A stretch of DNA of 64,000 nucleotides from Bacteroidales bacterium (GCA_017548505.1 JAFYZX010000005.1:385-64384), one strand, 5' to 3'; counted from the stretch's first letter, positions 36,894 to 44,392 are shown. Numbers and translations: made by a program. Notes: a model not told the origin generated them from the letters alone.

Positions 36894-37934
36894 ATGCAAA
36901 AGATACTCATCACCCTTGCGGGCATCGCCCTGCTGGCATCCTGCTGCAACAACAAAAACACAAATGATATGAACCTCACACAGGAATGGGACAAGACGTT
37001 CCCAAAATCCGACCTGGTGGAGCATTCCAAGGTCACTTTCCACAACCACTACGGCATTACTCTGGTTGCTGATATGTATATACCCAAAGGCGCAGAGGGC
37101 AAGCTGCCCGCTATAGCGGTCTCCGGTCCTTTCGGAGCCGTTAAGGAGCAGACCAGCGGTATCTATGCCCAGCATTTGGCAGAACGGGGCTTTCTCACCA
37201 TTGCTTTTGACCCGTCCTATACTGGCGAGAGTGGCGGAGAACCCCGCCGGATGGCTTCCCCGGACATCAATACCGAGGACTTTCTGGCTGCTGTGGATTT
37301 CCTTTCCGTGCAGGAGAATGTGGATTCTGAGCGTATTGGCATTATCGGTATATGCGGTTGGGGCGGAATGGCCATCAATGCAGCGGCTCTTGACCCCCGC
37401 ATCAAAGCAACTCTCACTTCCACTATGTACGATATGTCTCGCGTGGCACGTGAAGGATATTTCGGTAGTGCCGATAATGTCGAGGCTCGCGACGCACAGC
37501 GCGCAGCCTGGGCTGCCCAGCGAACGGAAGATTATCGTACTGGTAATTACAAGCGCGCCGGCGGTGTTGTTGATCCACTTCCGGAGGATGCTCCTTGGTT
37601 CGTGAAGGACTACTACGATTACTACAAGACCGAACGCGGCTATCACCCTCGCAGCGGCAACTCCAATGACGGATGGAACATCACGGGCACAATGTCCTTC
37701 CTGAACCAGCCTCTGCTGGATATGGCCGGTGAAATCAAGACTCCTGTGCTTCTGATTCACGGTGAGAAGGCCCACAGCCGCTATTTCAGCGAAGGTGCTT
37801 TTGCTAAACTTAAGGGAGACAATAAGGAACTCCTCATCATCCCTGGCGCTGTACATACGGACCTGTATGACGATAAGGCAGGCGTAATTCCTTACGACAA
37901 GATAGAATCATTCTTCAAGGAAAACCTGAAATAA
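36894..37934 (+). CDS. alpha/beta hydrolase, dienelactone-hydrolase-like (Cys nucleophile)
   Basis: 346 aa, lipobox LLASCCNN. The nucleophile elbow is G-I-C-G-W-G (GxCxG rather than GxSxG), as in dienelactone hydrolases. Late His in PGAVHTDLY. Confidence 0.7.
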   Translation: MQKILITLAGIALLASCCNNKNTNDMNLTQEWDKTFPKSDLVEHSKVTFHNHYGITLVADMYIPKGAEGKLPAIAVSGPFGAVKEQTSGIYAQHLAERGFLTIAFDPSYTGESGGEPRRMASPDINTEDFLAAVDFLSVQENVDSERIGIIGICGWGGMAINAAALDPRIKATLTSTMYDMSRVAREGYFGSADNVEARDAQRAAWAAQRTEDYRTGNYKRAGGVVDPLPEDAPWFVKDYYDYYKTERGYHPRSGNSNDGWNITGTMSFLNQPLLDMAGEIKTPVLLIHGEKAHSRYFSEGAFAKLKGDNKELLIIPGAVHTDLYDDKAGVIPYDKIESFFKENLK

Positions 37935-38021
37935 GTTGAAAGGCATTTTATAATGGTTGTCACCAATAAGGGCATTCTGAAAATGTGGTCAAAATGTGGT
38001 CAAATTTGGGGGATAAAAAGG

Positions 38022-38069
38022 AAAAGACTTTGTATGGTGCTTGAAAATGAGCAACTTACAAAGTCTTTT
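38022..38069 (+). terminator. hairpin + T-tract inside repeat unit B (after the hydrolase gene; convergent with SDR)
   Basis: Same 12-bp stem as unit A, with an A-tract upstream and a T-tract downstream. It sits between convergent genes. Confidence 0.6.
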
Positions 38070-38082
38070 TGTACCCGGAGCC
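38064..38082. repeat. direct duplicate of the tRNA-Leu 3' end plus flank (att-core-like), copy 2
   Basis: CTTTTTGTACCCGGAGCCG is identical over 19 nt to 41681-41699, in the same orientation. Confidence 0.9.
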
Positions 38083-38108
38083 GTAGCGGTTAAACCGATT
38101 GTCACCGT

Positions 38109-38957
38109 TTATCCCTGCAGTTTGAACATTCCTGTGCGGATGCTGGCGATGACACCGCCGTCGATGAGCAGGTCGGTGCCATTGATGAAGGTGGCGTGCT
38201 CGCCAAGCAGGAACGAAGCGGCATCGGCAATCTCATCGCTGGTGGCCACGCGGCGTGCTGCAGAGGCATCGATCATGGCCTGATAGCCGTCACCGTTGGC
38301 ATTGAACTCATCGTAGGCCAGGGGAGTGACGATTATGCCCGGCGAGATGGTGTTGATGCGGGCACGACGCTCGCGCCATGTGGTAGTGGCTGCCCGCTGA
38401 GCCTGCAGGTGGTTTACGCGCTTGGCAATCATATAGGCAAACCCGCTATTCTGCATTGCTACATTCTTGATGATAGGCAGTTCTGAAAGCTGCTCGGTGG
38501 TGGCGTTCACAATCTGAAGCTCATCCTCGTTGGGGATAGGGTACATGTAAGCGGCCTGACTCGAAATTATAAGTCCTGCCCCGCCCTCAGCCATCACTTT
38601 ACCGAAAGCATCAACAGCATAGCCCGTGCCCACCATATCGAGGTTCACGATATGTTCTGGTGAGGCCTGATTGGGCGATGCGCCTGCCGTGTCGATGAAG
38701 TACATCACCGGGCCGAGTTCCGCCGCCTTCTTGGCAAAGGCCTCGATGCTCTCCTTTTCCAGGGCGTTCACCACGCATGTCTCCACATCGTAGCCGCTAC
38801 GGCGAAAATCATCGCTGACGCGCTCCAGTGCCTTTTCGCTGATGTCGCCCAGCAGAATCTTCTTGCCTGCCGCAATGCGACGTACGATGGCTGTTCCCAT
38901 ACTGCCGGCACCCAGCAGTGCCACTACCTGTTTCTTCTCGTTTCTGTCGAAAATCAT
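38109..38957 (-). CDS. SDR-family oxidoreductase
   Basis: 282 aa. Rossmann motif VALLGAGSMGTAI and a C-terminal SDR-like segment (INTISPGII.TP). Confidence 0.75.
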   Translation of the reverse strand: MIFDRNEKKQVVALLGAGSMGTAIVRRIAAGKKILLGDISEKALERVSDDFRRSGYDVETCVVNALEKESIEAFAKKAAELGPVMYFIDTAGASPNQASPEHIVNLDMVGTGYAVDAFGKVMAEGGAGLIISSQAAYMYPIPNEDELQIVNATTEQLSELPIIKNVAMQNSGFAYMIAKRVNHLQAQRAATTTWRERRARINTISPGIIVTPLAYDEFNANGDGYQAMIDASAARRVATSDEIADAASFLLGEHATFINGTDLLIDGGVIASIRTGMFKLQG

Positions 38958-38994
38958 AGTATCTGTCTTTTAAAGATGATAGGTTGTCAGTCTC

Positions 38995-39963
38995 TTAGTC
39001 CCAAATCTGATAGTCTCCCATCCAGGCTTTAATCTGGTCATAGGACATGGTGAAGTAGCGCTTCTCCTGATCTAGGGCCTCCATTCTGGCCATCTCTTCC
39101 GGAGTCAGCTCGAAATCGAAGACCTCGATGTTCTCCTGAATGTGCTTTGGGTTGGATGAGCCAGGAACCACGCTGAAGCCCTTCTGGATGTGCCAGCGGA
39201 TAATGGTCTGGACGGCGGACTTGCCGTGAGCGGTGGCAATCTCATTGATGACCGGGTCGCGAATCACTTCACCCTTGCTGTCACGGCCGCCAAGAGGGAA
39301 CCAGCACTCGATCTTGATGTTGTATTTCTTACACATCTCCTGCCAATGCTTGCGCTGGGCGTATGGATGGCATTCGATCTGGAATATCTGTGGCTTGACA
39401 GTAGCTGTTTCCACGATGGAGTTGAACAGTTCGTCGTTGAAATCAAAATTACTGATGCCTATGGCACGTACTTTACCGTCAGCCTGCGCTTTCTCCATCT
39501 CTTTCCAGCCCTCGATATAGTTTCCCAGCGGCTGGTGGAAGTAAATCAGGTCTATGTAATCCAGGCCCAGGCGCTCCAGCATCTTGTCTATCTGCTGCTG
39601 GATAACCTTTGGATCGTACTCATTAGGCCAAAGCTTGGAGGTAATCCAGATCTCTTCACGGGGAATGCCGCTGTCCTTGACAGCCTGTCCTACACTGCGC
39701 TCATTGCCGTAGGCATGGGCGGTATCAATATGGCGGTAGCCGGCTTTCAGTGCTGCAAGTACGGAGTTGTAGGTAGTTACTCCAGCAGGGATGGAATAGA
39801 CGCCGAGTCCGAACTGAGGAATGACAACGCCGTTGTTAAGTTTAAGAGTGGTCTGGTTCATGGGGTAATCTGTTTTAGTTATTGTCTCTTGTTCTTTTAT
39901 CTGAGCAGCGCAACTAACGCTCAGCGCCAGAGCAGCAATGGTAAGAAGGTGTCTCATAATCAT
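38995..39963 (-). CDS. aldo/keto reductase (long form carries a lipoprotein-type signal peptide)
   Basis: AKR signatures GYRHIDTAHAYGNE, WITSKLW, IGISNF, PGSSNPKHI. The longest ORF starts MIMRHLLTIAALALSVSCAAQ and overlaps the upstream stop (ATGA). A conventional AKR start, MNQTTLKLNNG, exists at 39861. Confidence 0.85.
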   Translation of the reverse strand: MIMRHLLTIAALALSVSCAAQIKEQETITKTDYPMNQTTLKLNNGVVIPQFGLGVYSIPAGVTTYNSVLAALKAGYRHIDTAHAYGNERSVGQAVKDSGIPREEIWITSKLWPNEYDPKVIQQQIDKMLERLGLDYIDLIYFHQPLGNYIEGWKEMEKAQADGKVRAIGISNFDFNDELFNSIVETATVKPQIFQIECHPYAQRKHWQEMCKKYNIKIECWFPLGGRDSKGEVIRDPVINEIATAHGKSAVQTIIRWHIQKGFSVVPGSSNPKHIQENIEVFDFELTPEEMARMEALDQEKRYFTMSYDQIKAWMGDYQIWD

Positions 39964-40487
39964 TCAATGGTTTTAATGAGTTTTGCAGGATTTCCGCCAA
40001 CAATCGTGTTGGGAGCAACATCCTTGGTAACAACAGCACCGGCAGCCACTACGGCGTTCTCGCCAACTGTTACGCCGGGCAGGATGGTAGCACCGGCTCC
40101 AATCCAGGCGTTGCGGCAGATGTGAACAGGCTTGCACACCAGCAGCTGGTGGTCATGCAGGTCGTGGTTGTTGGAGATGAGCTGCACGTTGGCTGCAATC
40201 ATGGCTCCGTCATCGATGGTAATGCCGCCGCGGGACATCATCAGACAACCGCCCATTACAAGGACATTCTCTCCGATAGTAACTTCGCTGGCACATACTA
40301 GGTTGAGCGGAGGGAGCACCCGGCTGCCTTCACCTATTTTGCCGACAAATAGTTCCTTCACCAGGTTATCGTATTCTTCTGTATAGGGCATCGTGTGGTT
40401 GATGCCAAAGACGAGTTTCACATCGCGCAATCCCTTCTCAAACTCTTCGGGACCGGACTTGCGGGGGTCAACAATGAATCCTTCCAT
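39960..40487 (-). CDS. sugar O-acetyltransferase (left-handed beta-helix, maltose/galactoside acetyltransferase-like)
   Basis: 175 aa with hexapeptide repeats IGAGATILPGVTVGENAVVAAGAVV and a Mac-type N-terminal segment. Confidence 0.8.
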   Translation of the reverse strand: MEGFIVDPRKSGPEEFEKGLRDVKLVFGINHTMPYTEEYDNLVKELFVGKIGEGSRVLPPLNLVCASEVTIGENVLVMGGCLMMSRGGITIDDGAMIAANVQLISNNHDLHDHQLLVCKPVHICRNAWIGAGATILPGVTVGENAVVAAGAVVTKDVAPNTIVGGNPAKLIKTIE

Positions 40488-40589
40488 TTTCTTGTGTATT
40501 TATTTTCTAGTACAAAGGTACATGGGTTCTATCCTTTCAGCCTTACTGTCATTTCGGAAAGATTTGACCAAATTTCCGTTTTGAATGAT

Positions 40590-40597
40590 TATCTTTG
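40590..40597 (+). promoter_or_regulatory. -7 promoter box for AraC regulator 2
   Basis: TATCTTTG, 5 nt upstream of the ATG at 40603. Confidence 0.55.
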
Positions 40598-40602
40598 CAT
40601 CT

Positions 40603-41421
40603 ATGGAAGATTACCTCTTTTTCAATACGCTTCAGGACCAGCGAAATCTGGCTGATTATCACAAGGATTACCATATCCATCTGCTTTGTCATGGAGGAGA
40701 GATGTCCTTTTCCATGGGGGCAAAATGCCATCTGGTTAGGGAAGGCGATTTGCTGATCTGGCAGATGACTACAGATTTTGACGAGATTACCTGTTCGGAA
40801 GACTTCAATGCCGATGTGCTTCTGGTGTCCGGACACTTCCTGAGTCTCTACAACCCCGAGCAAATCTGGGCCACCAAAGCCTACATCTATATCAAAAACA
40901 ATCCTGTTTTCCATTTGGAAGATGCCGAGAGGACGTTAGTCGAGACCGACTTCCGTGCTTTCCGCTTGAGAATCAGTACAGAGGTGCGCTTGTTTGAAGA
41001 GGAAATCATCGGCGAAATGCTCCGCATCTTCCTCTATGACCTTTGGAATGTTTATTCGCAAGAGATAGAGAAACACCAGACCGAGGACATCACCTCCAGT
41101 CATTTCCTGCGCGTCCTGCTTCTTGTGCAGGAACACTGCATCCGTGAGAGAGAAGTGGCTTGGTACGCCGACAAACTGAACCTGGCCCCCAAGTATCTCT
41201 CGGAGGTTTGCAAGGACATTTCCAGCAAACCGGCCTCTGTATGGATACAGCACTACACAGCTCACGAATTGACCAAACTGCTTTCCGACAAAAGCCTCAC
41301 GCTCACCGACATCTCCGACCGGATGGGCTTCTCATCCCAGGCCGTTCTGACCCGCTACCTCAAGCGCACACTAGGTATGAATCCATCAGAGTTTCGAAGA
41401 AAGAATCAAACGGCCAAGTAA
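40603..41421 (+). CDS. AraC-family transcriptional regulator
   Basis: C-terminal HTH pair (YADKLNLAPKYLSEVCKD...LTDISDRMGFSSQAVLTRYLKRTLGMNPSEFRR). Start at the ATG at 40603 (MEDYLFFN), because the TATCTTTG -7 box at 40590-40597 lies within the longer ORF. Confidence 0.85.
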   Translation: MEDYLFFNTLQDQRNLADYHKDYHIHLLCHGGEMSFSMGAKCHLVREGDLLIWQMTTDFDEITCSEDFNADVLLVSGHFLSLYNPEQIWATKAYIYIKNNPVFHLEDAERTLVETDFRAFRLRISTEVRLFEEEIIGEMLRIFLYDLWNVYSQEIEKHQTEDITSSHFLRVLLLVQEHCIREREVAWYADKLNLAPKYLSEVCKDISSKPASVWIQHYTAHELTKLLSDKSLTLTDISDRMGFSSQAVLTRYLKRTLGMNPSEFRRKNQTAK

Positions 41422-41441
41422 ATTACCTGTTTATCTTCACT

Positions 41442-41540
41442 GTGCCCAGAGCCGGAGCGTTGGAATCGTTGATAAAGCGTGGCTATCGCGTTTTGAGCAA
41501 CTAAAAATGTGGTCAAATTGTGGTCAATTTTGGGGGATTG
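41442..41540. repeat. island repeat unit D (degenerate core + right arm + iteron block)
   Basis: GTGCCCAGAGCCGG (12/14 match to GTACCCGGAGCCGG), then AGCGTTGGAATCGTTGATAAAGCGTGGCTATCGCGTTTTGAG, then AAAAATGTGGTCAAATTGTGGTCAATTTTGGGGGAT. Confidence 0.85.
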
Positions 41541-41576
41541 ACTCACGAGTAACGCTTAACAAGAGGACGATAATAA

Positions 41577-41635
41577 GGCGCTTCAGCGCCCGGCACGGAG
41601 TGCCGCAATGCCCCTAGAGGGGCCGGCAAAGCCGG
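41577..41635. repeat. run of four consecutive GC-rich mini-hairpins
   Basis: GGCGC-TTCA-GCGCC, CGGCAC-GGA-GTGCCG, GCCCCT-AG-AGGGGC, CCGGC-AAA-GCCGG, packed back to back within 59 nt between the iteron block and the tRNA-Leu terminator. Confidence 0.8.
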
Positions 41636-41660
41636 GGGTGAAAAAGTTTAGGTACAAGAA

Positions 41661-41687
41661 AAGGACTGCGGTTAGCAGTCCTTTTTG
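41661..41687 (-). terminator. tRNA-Leu terminator (bidirectional hairpin)
   Basis: AAGGACTGC-GGTTA-GCAGTCCTT lies immediately 3' of the tRNA. It is flanked by T-rich tracts on both strands. Confidence 0.7.
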
Positions 41688-41771
41688 TACCCGGAGCCGG
41701 GATCGAACCGGCACAGGTTTTACCCCACTGGTGTTTGAGACCAGCGCGTCTACCAATTCCGCCATCCGGGC
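41688..41771 (-). tRNA. tRNA-Leu (anticodon CAA)
   Basis: The reverse complement reads GCCCGGATGGCGGAATTGGTAGACGCGCTGGTCTCAAACACCAGTGGGGTAAAACCTGTGCCGGTTCGATCCCGGCTCCGGGTA. Acceptor GCCCGGA/TCCGGGT, anticodon stem CTGGT/ACCAG with loop CTCAAAC, long variable arm, T-arm GCCGG-TTCGATC-CCGGC. CCA is not encoded. Confidence 0.92.
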
Positions 41772-41787
41772 CTCTCAAACAGGATTG

Positions 41788-41795
41788 CAAAGATA
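41788..41795 (-). promoter_or_regulatory. -7 promoter box for tRNA-Leu
   Basis: The minus strand reads TATCTTTG, 16 nt upstream of the tRNA 5' end. Confidence 0.65.
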
Positions 41796-41871
41796 ATCAA
41801 AAAATGCAAAAAGCAACCTATATCAAATTAAAATACACTGCAATGTAAGTACCAGAAAATCTGTTATTTAG

Positions 41872-41903
41872 TAAAAATTCCTCCTGCGATTTAGCGGGAG
41901 GAA
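41872..41903 (-). terminator. rho-independent terminator after the OsmC-family gene
   Basis: Minus strand: TTCCTCCCGC-TAAATC-GCAGGAGGAA followed by TTTTT. Confidence 0.8.
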
Positions 41904-41955
41904 GTTTTATTAATAGGCTGGTAGACAGGTGTTTATATTGCAGCTGTTTTTGCGG

Positions 41956-42363
41956 TTACCAGTTAAAGTTGATGGTCTTTTTCAAGTCCGGATGCAGGCT
42001 GTTGGCAACCGGGCAGGTCTTGGCGGCAGATTCTATGATGCGCTTCTGCTGAGGGGTGAAGTTGCTGCCTTCAGGGAAGTGGAAGTCTATCTTTATTTCA
42101 ACGACACGCCGTGGGTCTGTGCCCATGATCTTTTCAGTTTCTACGGTTGTGCCTTCGAGGGAAAAGCCGTAACTTTCTGCACTAATGCCCATTATAGTGA
42201 GCATGCAGCAGCCCAGGGAACTGGCCAGAAGGTCTGTAGGGGAGAAGCTTTCTCCCTTGCCGTGGTTGTCCAGAGGAGCATCGGTGAGGATGGTTGTTCC
42301 ACTCTGGAGATGGGTTACCTCGTTACGCAGGTTGCCCTTGTATTTGGTGAGCATCATTGTCAT
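41956..42363 (-). CDS. OsmC/Ohr-family peroxiredoxin-like protein
   Basis: 135 aa. PTDLLASSLGCCMLT and a second conserved Cys region (AAKTCPV) are typical of the OsmC family. Confidence 0.85.
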   Translation of the reverse strand: MTMMLTKYKGNLRNEVTHLQSGTTILTDAPLDNHGKGESFSPTDLLASSLGCCMLTIMGISAESYGFSLEGTTVETEKIMGTDPRRVVEIKIDFHFPEGSNFTPQQKRIIESAAKTCPVANSLHPDLKKTINFNW

Positions 42364-42378
42364 GTCGCTGAGTATTGG

Positions 42379-43833
42379 TTATTTCTTTTTTGTTTTGTTT
42401 TTTTGGTTTCTTGTGCGGACAATGGTTTTTCTGATTTTTTCCCTGATTTCGCTGAGGCCTTCCTCTATTGTTTCCTCTGCCTTTTCTATAAGGGATTTTG
42501 GAATCTCGACGATTTCCCCCATAAGGGTGGCCTGGGTGCAGGTGAGGATTTTAACCCAGACAAGGTCTCCCGGCTTGGCATCCTTGGCGTCGAAAACGCA
42601 GAAGCGGTTGCCTGGGGTGCGGCCTGTCATCTGGGTGTCTGAACGCTTGGAAGGGCCTTCCACGAGAACCTCGTAGGTCTGGCCGATGCACTTTTGGTTG
42701 GATTTGAGGCTGAGAGTGTTCTGGAGGGCGATAATCTCGTTCAGGCGGCGTGTTTTTTCCTCTTCCGGGACATCGTCCGGATATCTTTTTGCCGCAAGCG
42801 TGTTGGGCCTCTGGGAATACTGGAACATGAAGGCTCCGTCGTACTGGACTTCAGTCATCAGGCTGAGAGTCTGCTGGTGGTCTTCCTCAGTCTCCGAGCA
42901 GAAGCCAGCAATTATATCAGTGGTGATGGCGCAGTCCGGCATAATGTTTCTGATATCGCTGATCTTCTGGAGGTAATCCTCGCGGGTGTATTTGCGGTTC
43001 ATCTTCTGAAGAAGGCGGGTGCTTCCGCTCTGGACAGGGAGATGGATGTGAGGGCAGATGTTAGGGTACATTGCCATAGTGTAGAGCACTCCCTTGCGTA
43101 TATCTTTTGGATGGGAGGTCTGGAAGCGGATTCTCATCTTAGGACAGGCGATGGCCACAAGTTCCAGAAGTTGGGAGAAATTAACCTTTCTTGTGGTGTT
43201 CTCAGGGTCTGTCCAGTTGTAGGAATCTACGTTCTGGCCAAGGAGGGTAACCTCCTTATATCCTTCTTTTGCAAGCTGTTCCGCTTCGGCGACGATGCTT
43301 TTTGGATCCCGGCTCCTTTCCCTTCCCCTGGTAAACGGGACAATGCAATATGAGCATAGGTTGTTGCAACCCCTCATAATGGAGATGAAGGCTGAAACGC
43401 CGTTGGAGTCTGTGCGGACAGGCTCGATATCGGCGTATGTTTCAAGGGAGGAAAGGTTGGTTTCCGTCATCTTGCCGCCCCGGTCGCTGATGAAAGAAAT
43501 CACGGCAGGCAGGCTGCGGTAAGAGTCCGGCCCCAGGGTGAAGTCCACAGCGGGGTTCTCCAGAAGCTTTTCCTTAAGCCTCTGGGCCATGCAGCCGAGC
43601 ACTCCTACAATTACCTTGCGGTTTTTCTTTTCCAGACGGAAAACGTCAAGACGGCCCAGCACCCTCTTTTCAGCGTTGTCTCTTACGGAACAGGTGTTTA
43701 CAAGAATGACATCTGCCTTTTTTATTTCATCCGTGAAACTGCAGCCGGAGGCCTTCAGAATAGCGGAAGCCACCTGGGAATCCGCCACGTTCATCTGGCA
43801 GCCGTAGGTCTCTATGTACACTTTCAGATCCAT
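42379..43833 (-). CDS. miaB: tRNA-2-methylthio-N6-dimethylallyladenosine synthase with basic C-terminal tail
   Basis: YIETYGCQMN (UPF0004 domain), radical-SAM CNNLCSYCIVP, and a TRAM domain. It ends in an extra ~45-aa tail, ...REKIRKTIVRTRNQKNKTKKK. Start at the ATG at 43833, 18 nt after the TATCTTTG box. Confidence 0.92.
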   Translation of the reverse strand: MDLKVYIETYGCQMNVADSQVASAILKASGCSFTDEIKKADVILVNTCSVRDNAEKRVLGRLDVFRLEKKNRKVIVGVLGCMAQRLKEKLLENPAVDFTLGPDSYRSLPAVISFISDRGGKMTETNLSSLETYADIEPVRTDSNGVSAFISIMRGCNNLCSYCIVPFTRGRERSRDPKSIVAEAEQLAKEGYKEVTLLGQNVDSYNWTDPENTTRKVNFSQLLELVAIACPKMRIRFQTSHPKDIRKGVLYTMAMYPNICPHIHLPVQSGSTRLLQKMNRKYTREDYLQKISDIRNIMPDCAITTDIIAGFCSETEEDHQQTLSLMTEVQYDGAFMFQYSQRPNTLAAKRYPDDVPEEEKTRRLNEIIALQNTLSLKSNQKCIGQTYEVLVEGPSKRSDTQMTGRTPGNRFCVFDAKDAKPGDLVWVKILTCTQATLMGEIVEIPKSLIEKAEETIEEGLSEIREKIRKTIVRTRNQKNKTKKK

Positions 43834-43851
43834 TTTGCAGTATTTGCTTGA

Positions 43852-43859
43852 CAAAGATA
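43852..43859 (-). promoter_or_regulatory. -7 promoter box for miaB
   Basis: The minus strand reads TATCTTTG, 18 nt upstream of the ATG at 43833. Confidence 0.6.
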
Positions 43860-43866
43860 AGATTTT

Positions 43867-43874
43867 TAACTTTG
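43867..43874 (+). promoter_or_regulatory. -7 promoter box for the LEA_2-like/SPOR gene pair
   Basis: TAACTTTG, 4 nt upstream of the GTG at 43879. Confidence 0.5.
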
Positions 43875-43878
43875 CGGT

Positions 43879-44388
43879 GTGAGAATTGTTGCGTTAAGAA
43901 ACAGGGCTTTTTTGTTTTTGCTTGCTGCTTTTGCCGCGGCATTGCTTTTGCCGTCGTGCGCAGACAGGTACAAGGACATTCAGGTTACCAGCTTAAAGCT
44001 GGAACGCATTATCCCGTCTTCCCTGAAGAGCGTGGATGCGGTGGTTCTGGTGGATGTGGACAATCCCCTAAGGTCGAAAGTCAGGGTAAGGAAGATGATG
44101 GGAACCGTTTACCAGAACGGCAAGCAAATTGCAACCCTTAATTCTGACGACGAGGTGGAACTGGCACCTAAAGGCATTTCCTCTCATCGTATAAAGATCA
44201 GGGTAACAGTAGATAACGCATTGTTTTTCTTTGAACAGTTTCAAAGAGGAGTGCGTCCTGATTACAAGGAGTTTACGGTGGACTTGAGCGCCATGGCGGG
44301 ATCGGGCCTGTTCCAGTTCCCGGTGGAGAAGAAAAACATGCCGGTGGAAGAATTGGTAAGGCAGGCCCGCGCAGTCTGGAAAAGGTAA
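43879..44388 (+). CDS. LEA_2/NDR1-HIN1-like lipoprotein, unknown function
   Basis: 169 aa, GTG start, lipobox LLLPSCADR. IQVTSLKLERIIPSSLKSVDAVVLVDVDNP resembles LEA type-2 domains. Confidence 0.55.
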   Translation: MRIVALRNRAFLFLLAAFAAALLLPSCADRYKDIQVTSLKLERIIPSSLKSVDAVVLVDVDNPLRSKVRVRKMMGTVYQNGKQIATLNSDDEVELAPKGISSHRIKIRVTVDNALFFFEQFQRGVRPDYKEFTVDLSAMAGSGLFQFPVEKKNMPVEELVRQARAVWKR

Positions 44389-44392
44389 CGTT

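Larger units (their letters stand above)
34383..38063. mobile_element. putative integrase-less tRNA-Leu-associated module 1 (L,D-transpeptidase, AraC, cyclophilin-like, DLH-like hydrolase)
   Basis: About 3.7 kb bounded by direct duplicates of the tRNA-Leu 3' end. No integrase, excisionase or mobilisation ORF is present. The interpretation as an accretion/CIME-like element is inference. Confidence 0.4.
37949..38100. repeat. island repeat unit B
   Basis: ATAATGGTTGTCACCAATAAGGGCATTCTGAAAATGTGGTCAAAATGTGGTCAAATTTGGGGGATAAAAAGGAAAAGACTTTGTATGG..TACAAAGTCTTTTTGTACCCGGAGCCG. Located between the hydrolase stop and the SDR stop. Confidence 0.88.
38083..41680. mobile_element. putative integrase-less tRNA-Leu-associated module 2 (SDR, AKR, acetyltransferase, AraC)
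   Basis: About 3.6 kb between the second tRNA-end duplicate and the intact tRNA-Leu 3' end. No recombinase gene. Inference as for module 1. Confidence 0.4.

Noticed and set aside
38041-38283. 80-aa plus-strand ORF starting in repeat unit B, and the short ATGTGGTCAAAATGTGGTCAA... reading frames in the iteron blocks
   Set aside because: The ATG is part of the repeated iteron motif. The frame is not preserved between repeat copies and it runs antisense into the SDR gene.
34283-41540. TGTGGTCAA repeats as DnaA boxes / replication origin
   Set aside because: The motif differs from TGTGNATAA at two core positions. There is no AT-rich unwinding element arrangement and no dnaA/dnaN nearby, and the motif tracks the island repeat units instead.
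33643-41700. Integron-like cassette array
   Set aside because: The cassettes are multi-gene, point in both directions and carry their own promoters and regulators. No IntI-type integrase or attI is present. The repeats contain a tRNA 3' end rather than attC-type imperfect palindromes.
41583-41796. 60-62-aa ORFs on both strands across tRNA-Leu
   Set aside because: These are translations of the tRNA gene and its GC-rich hairpins. There is no coding signal.
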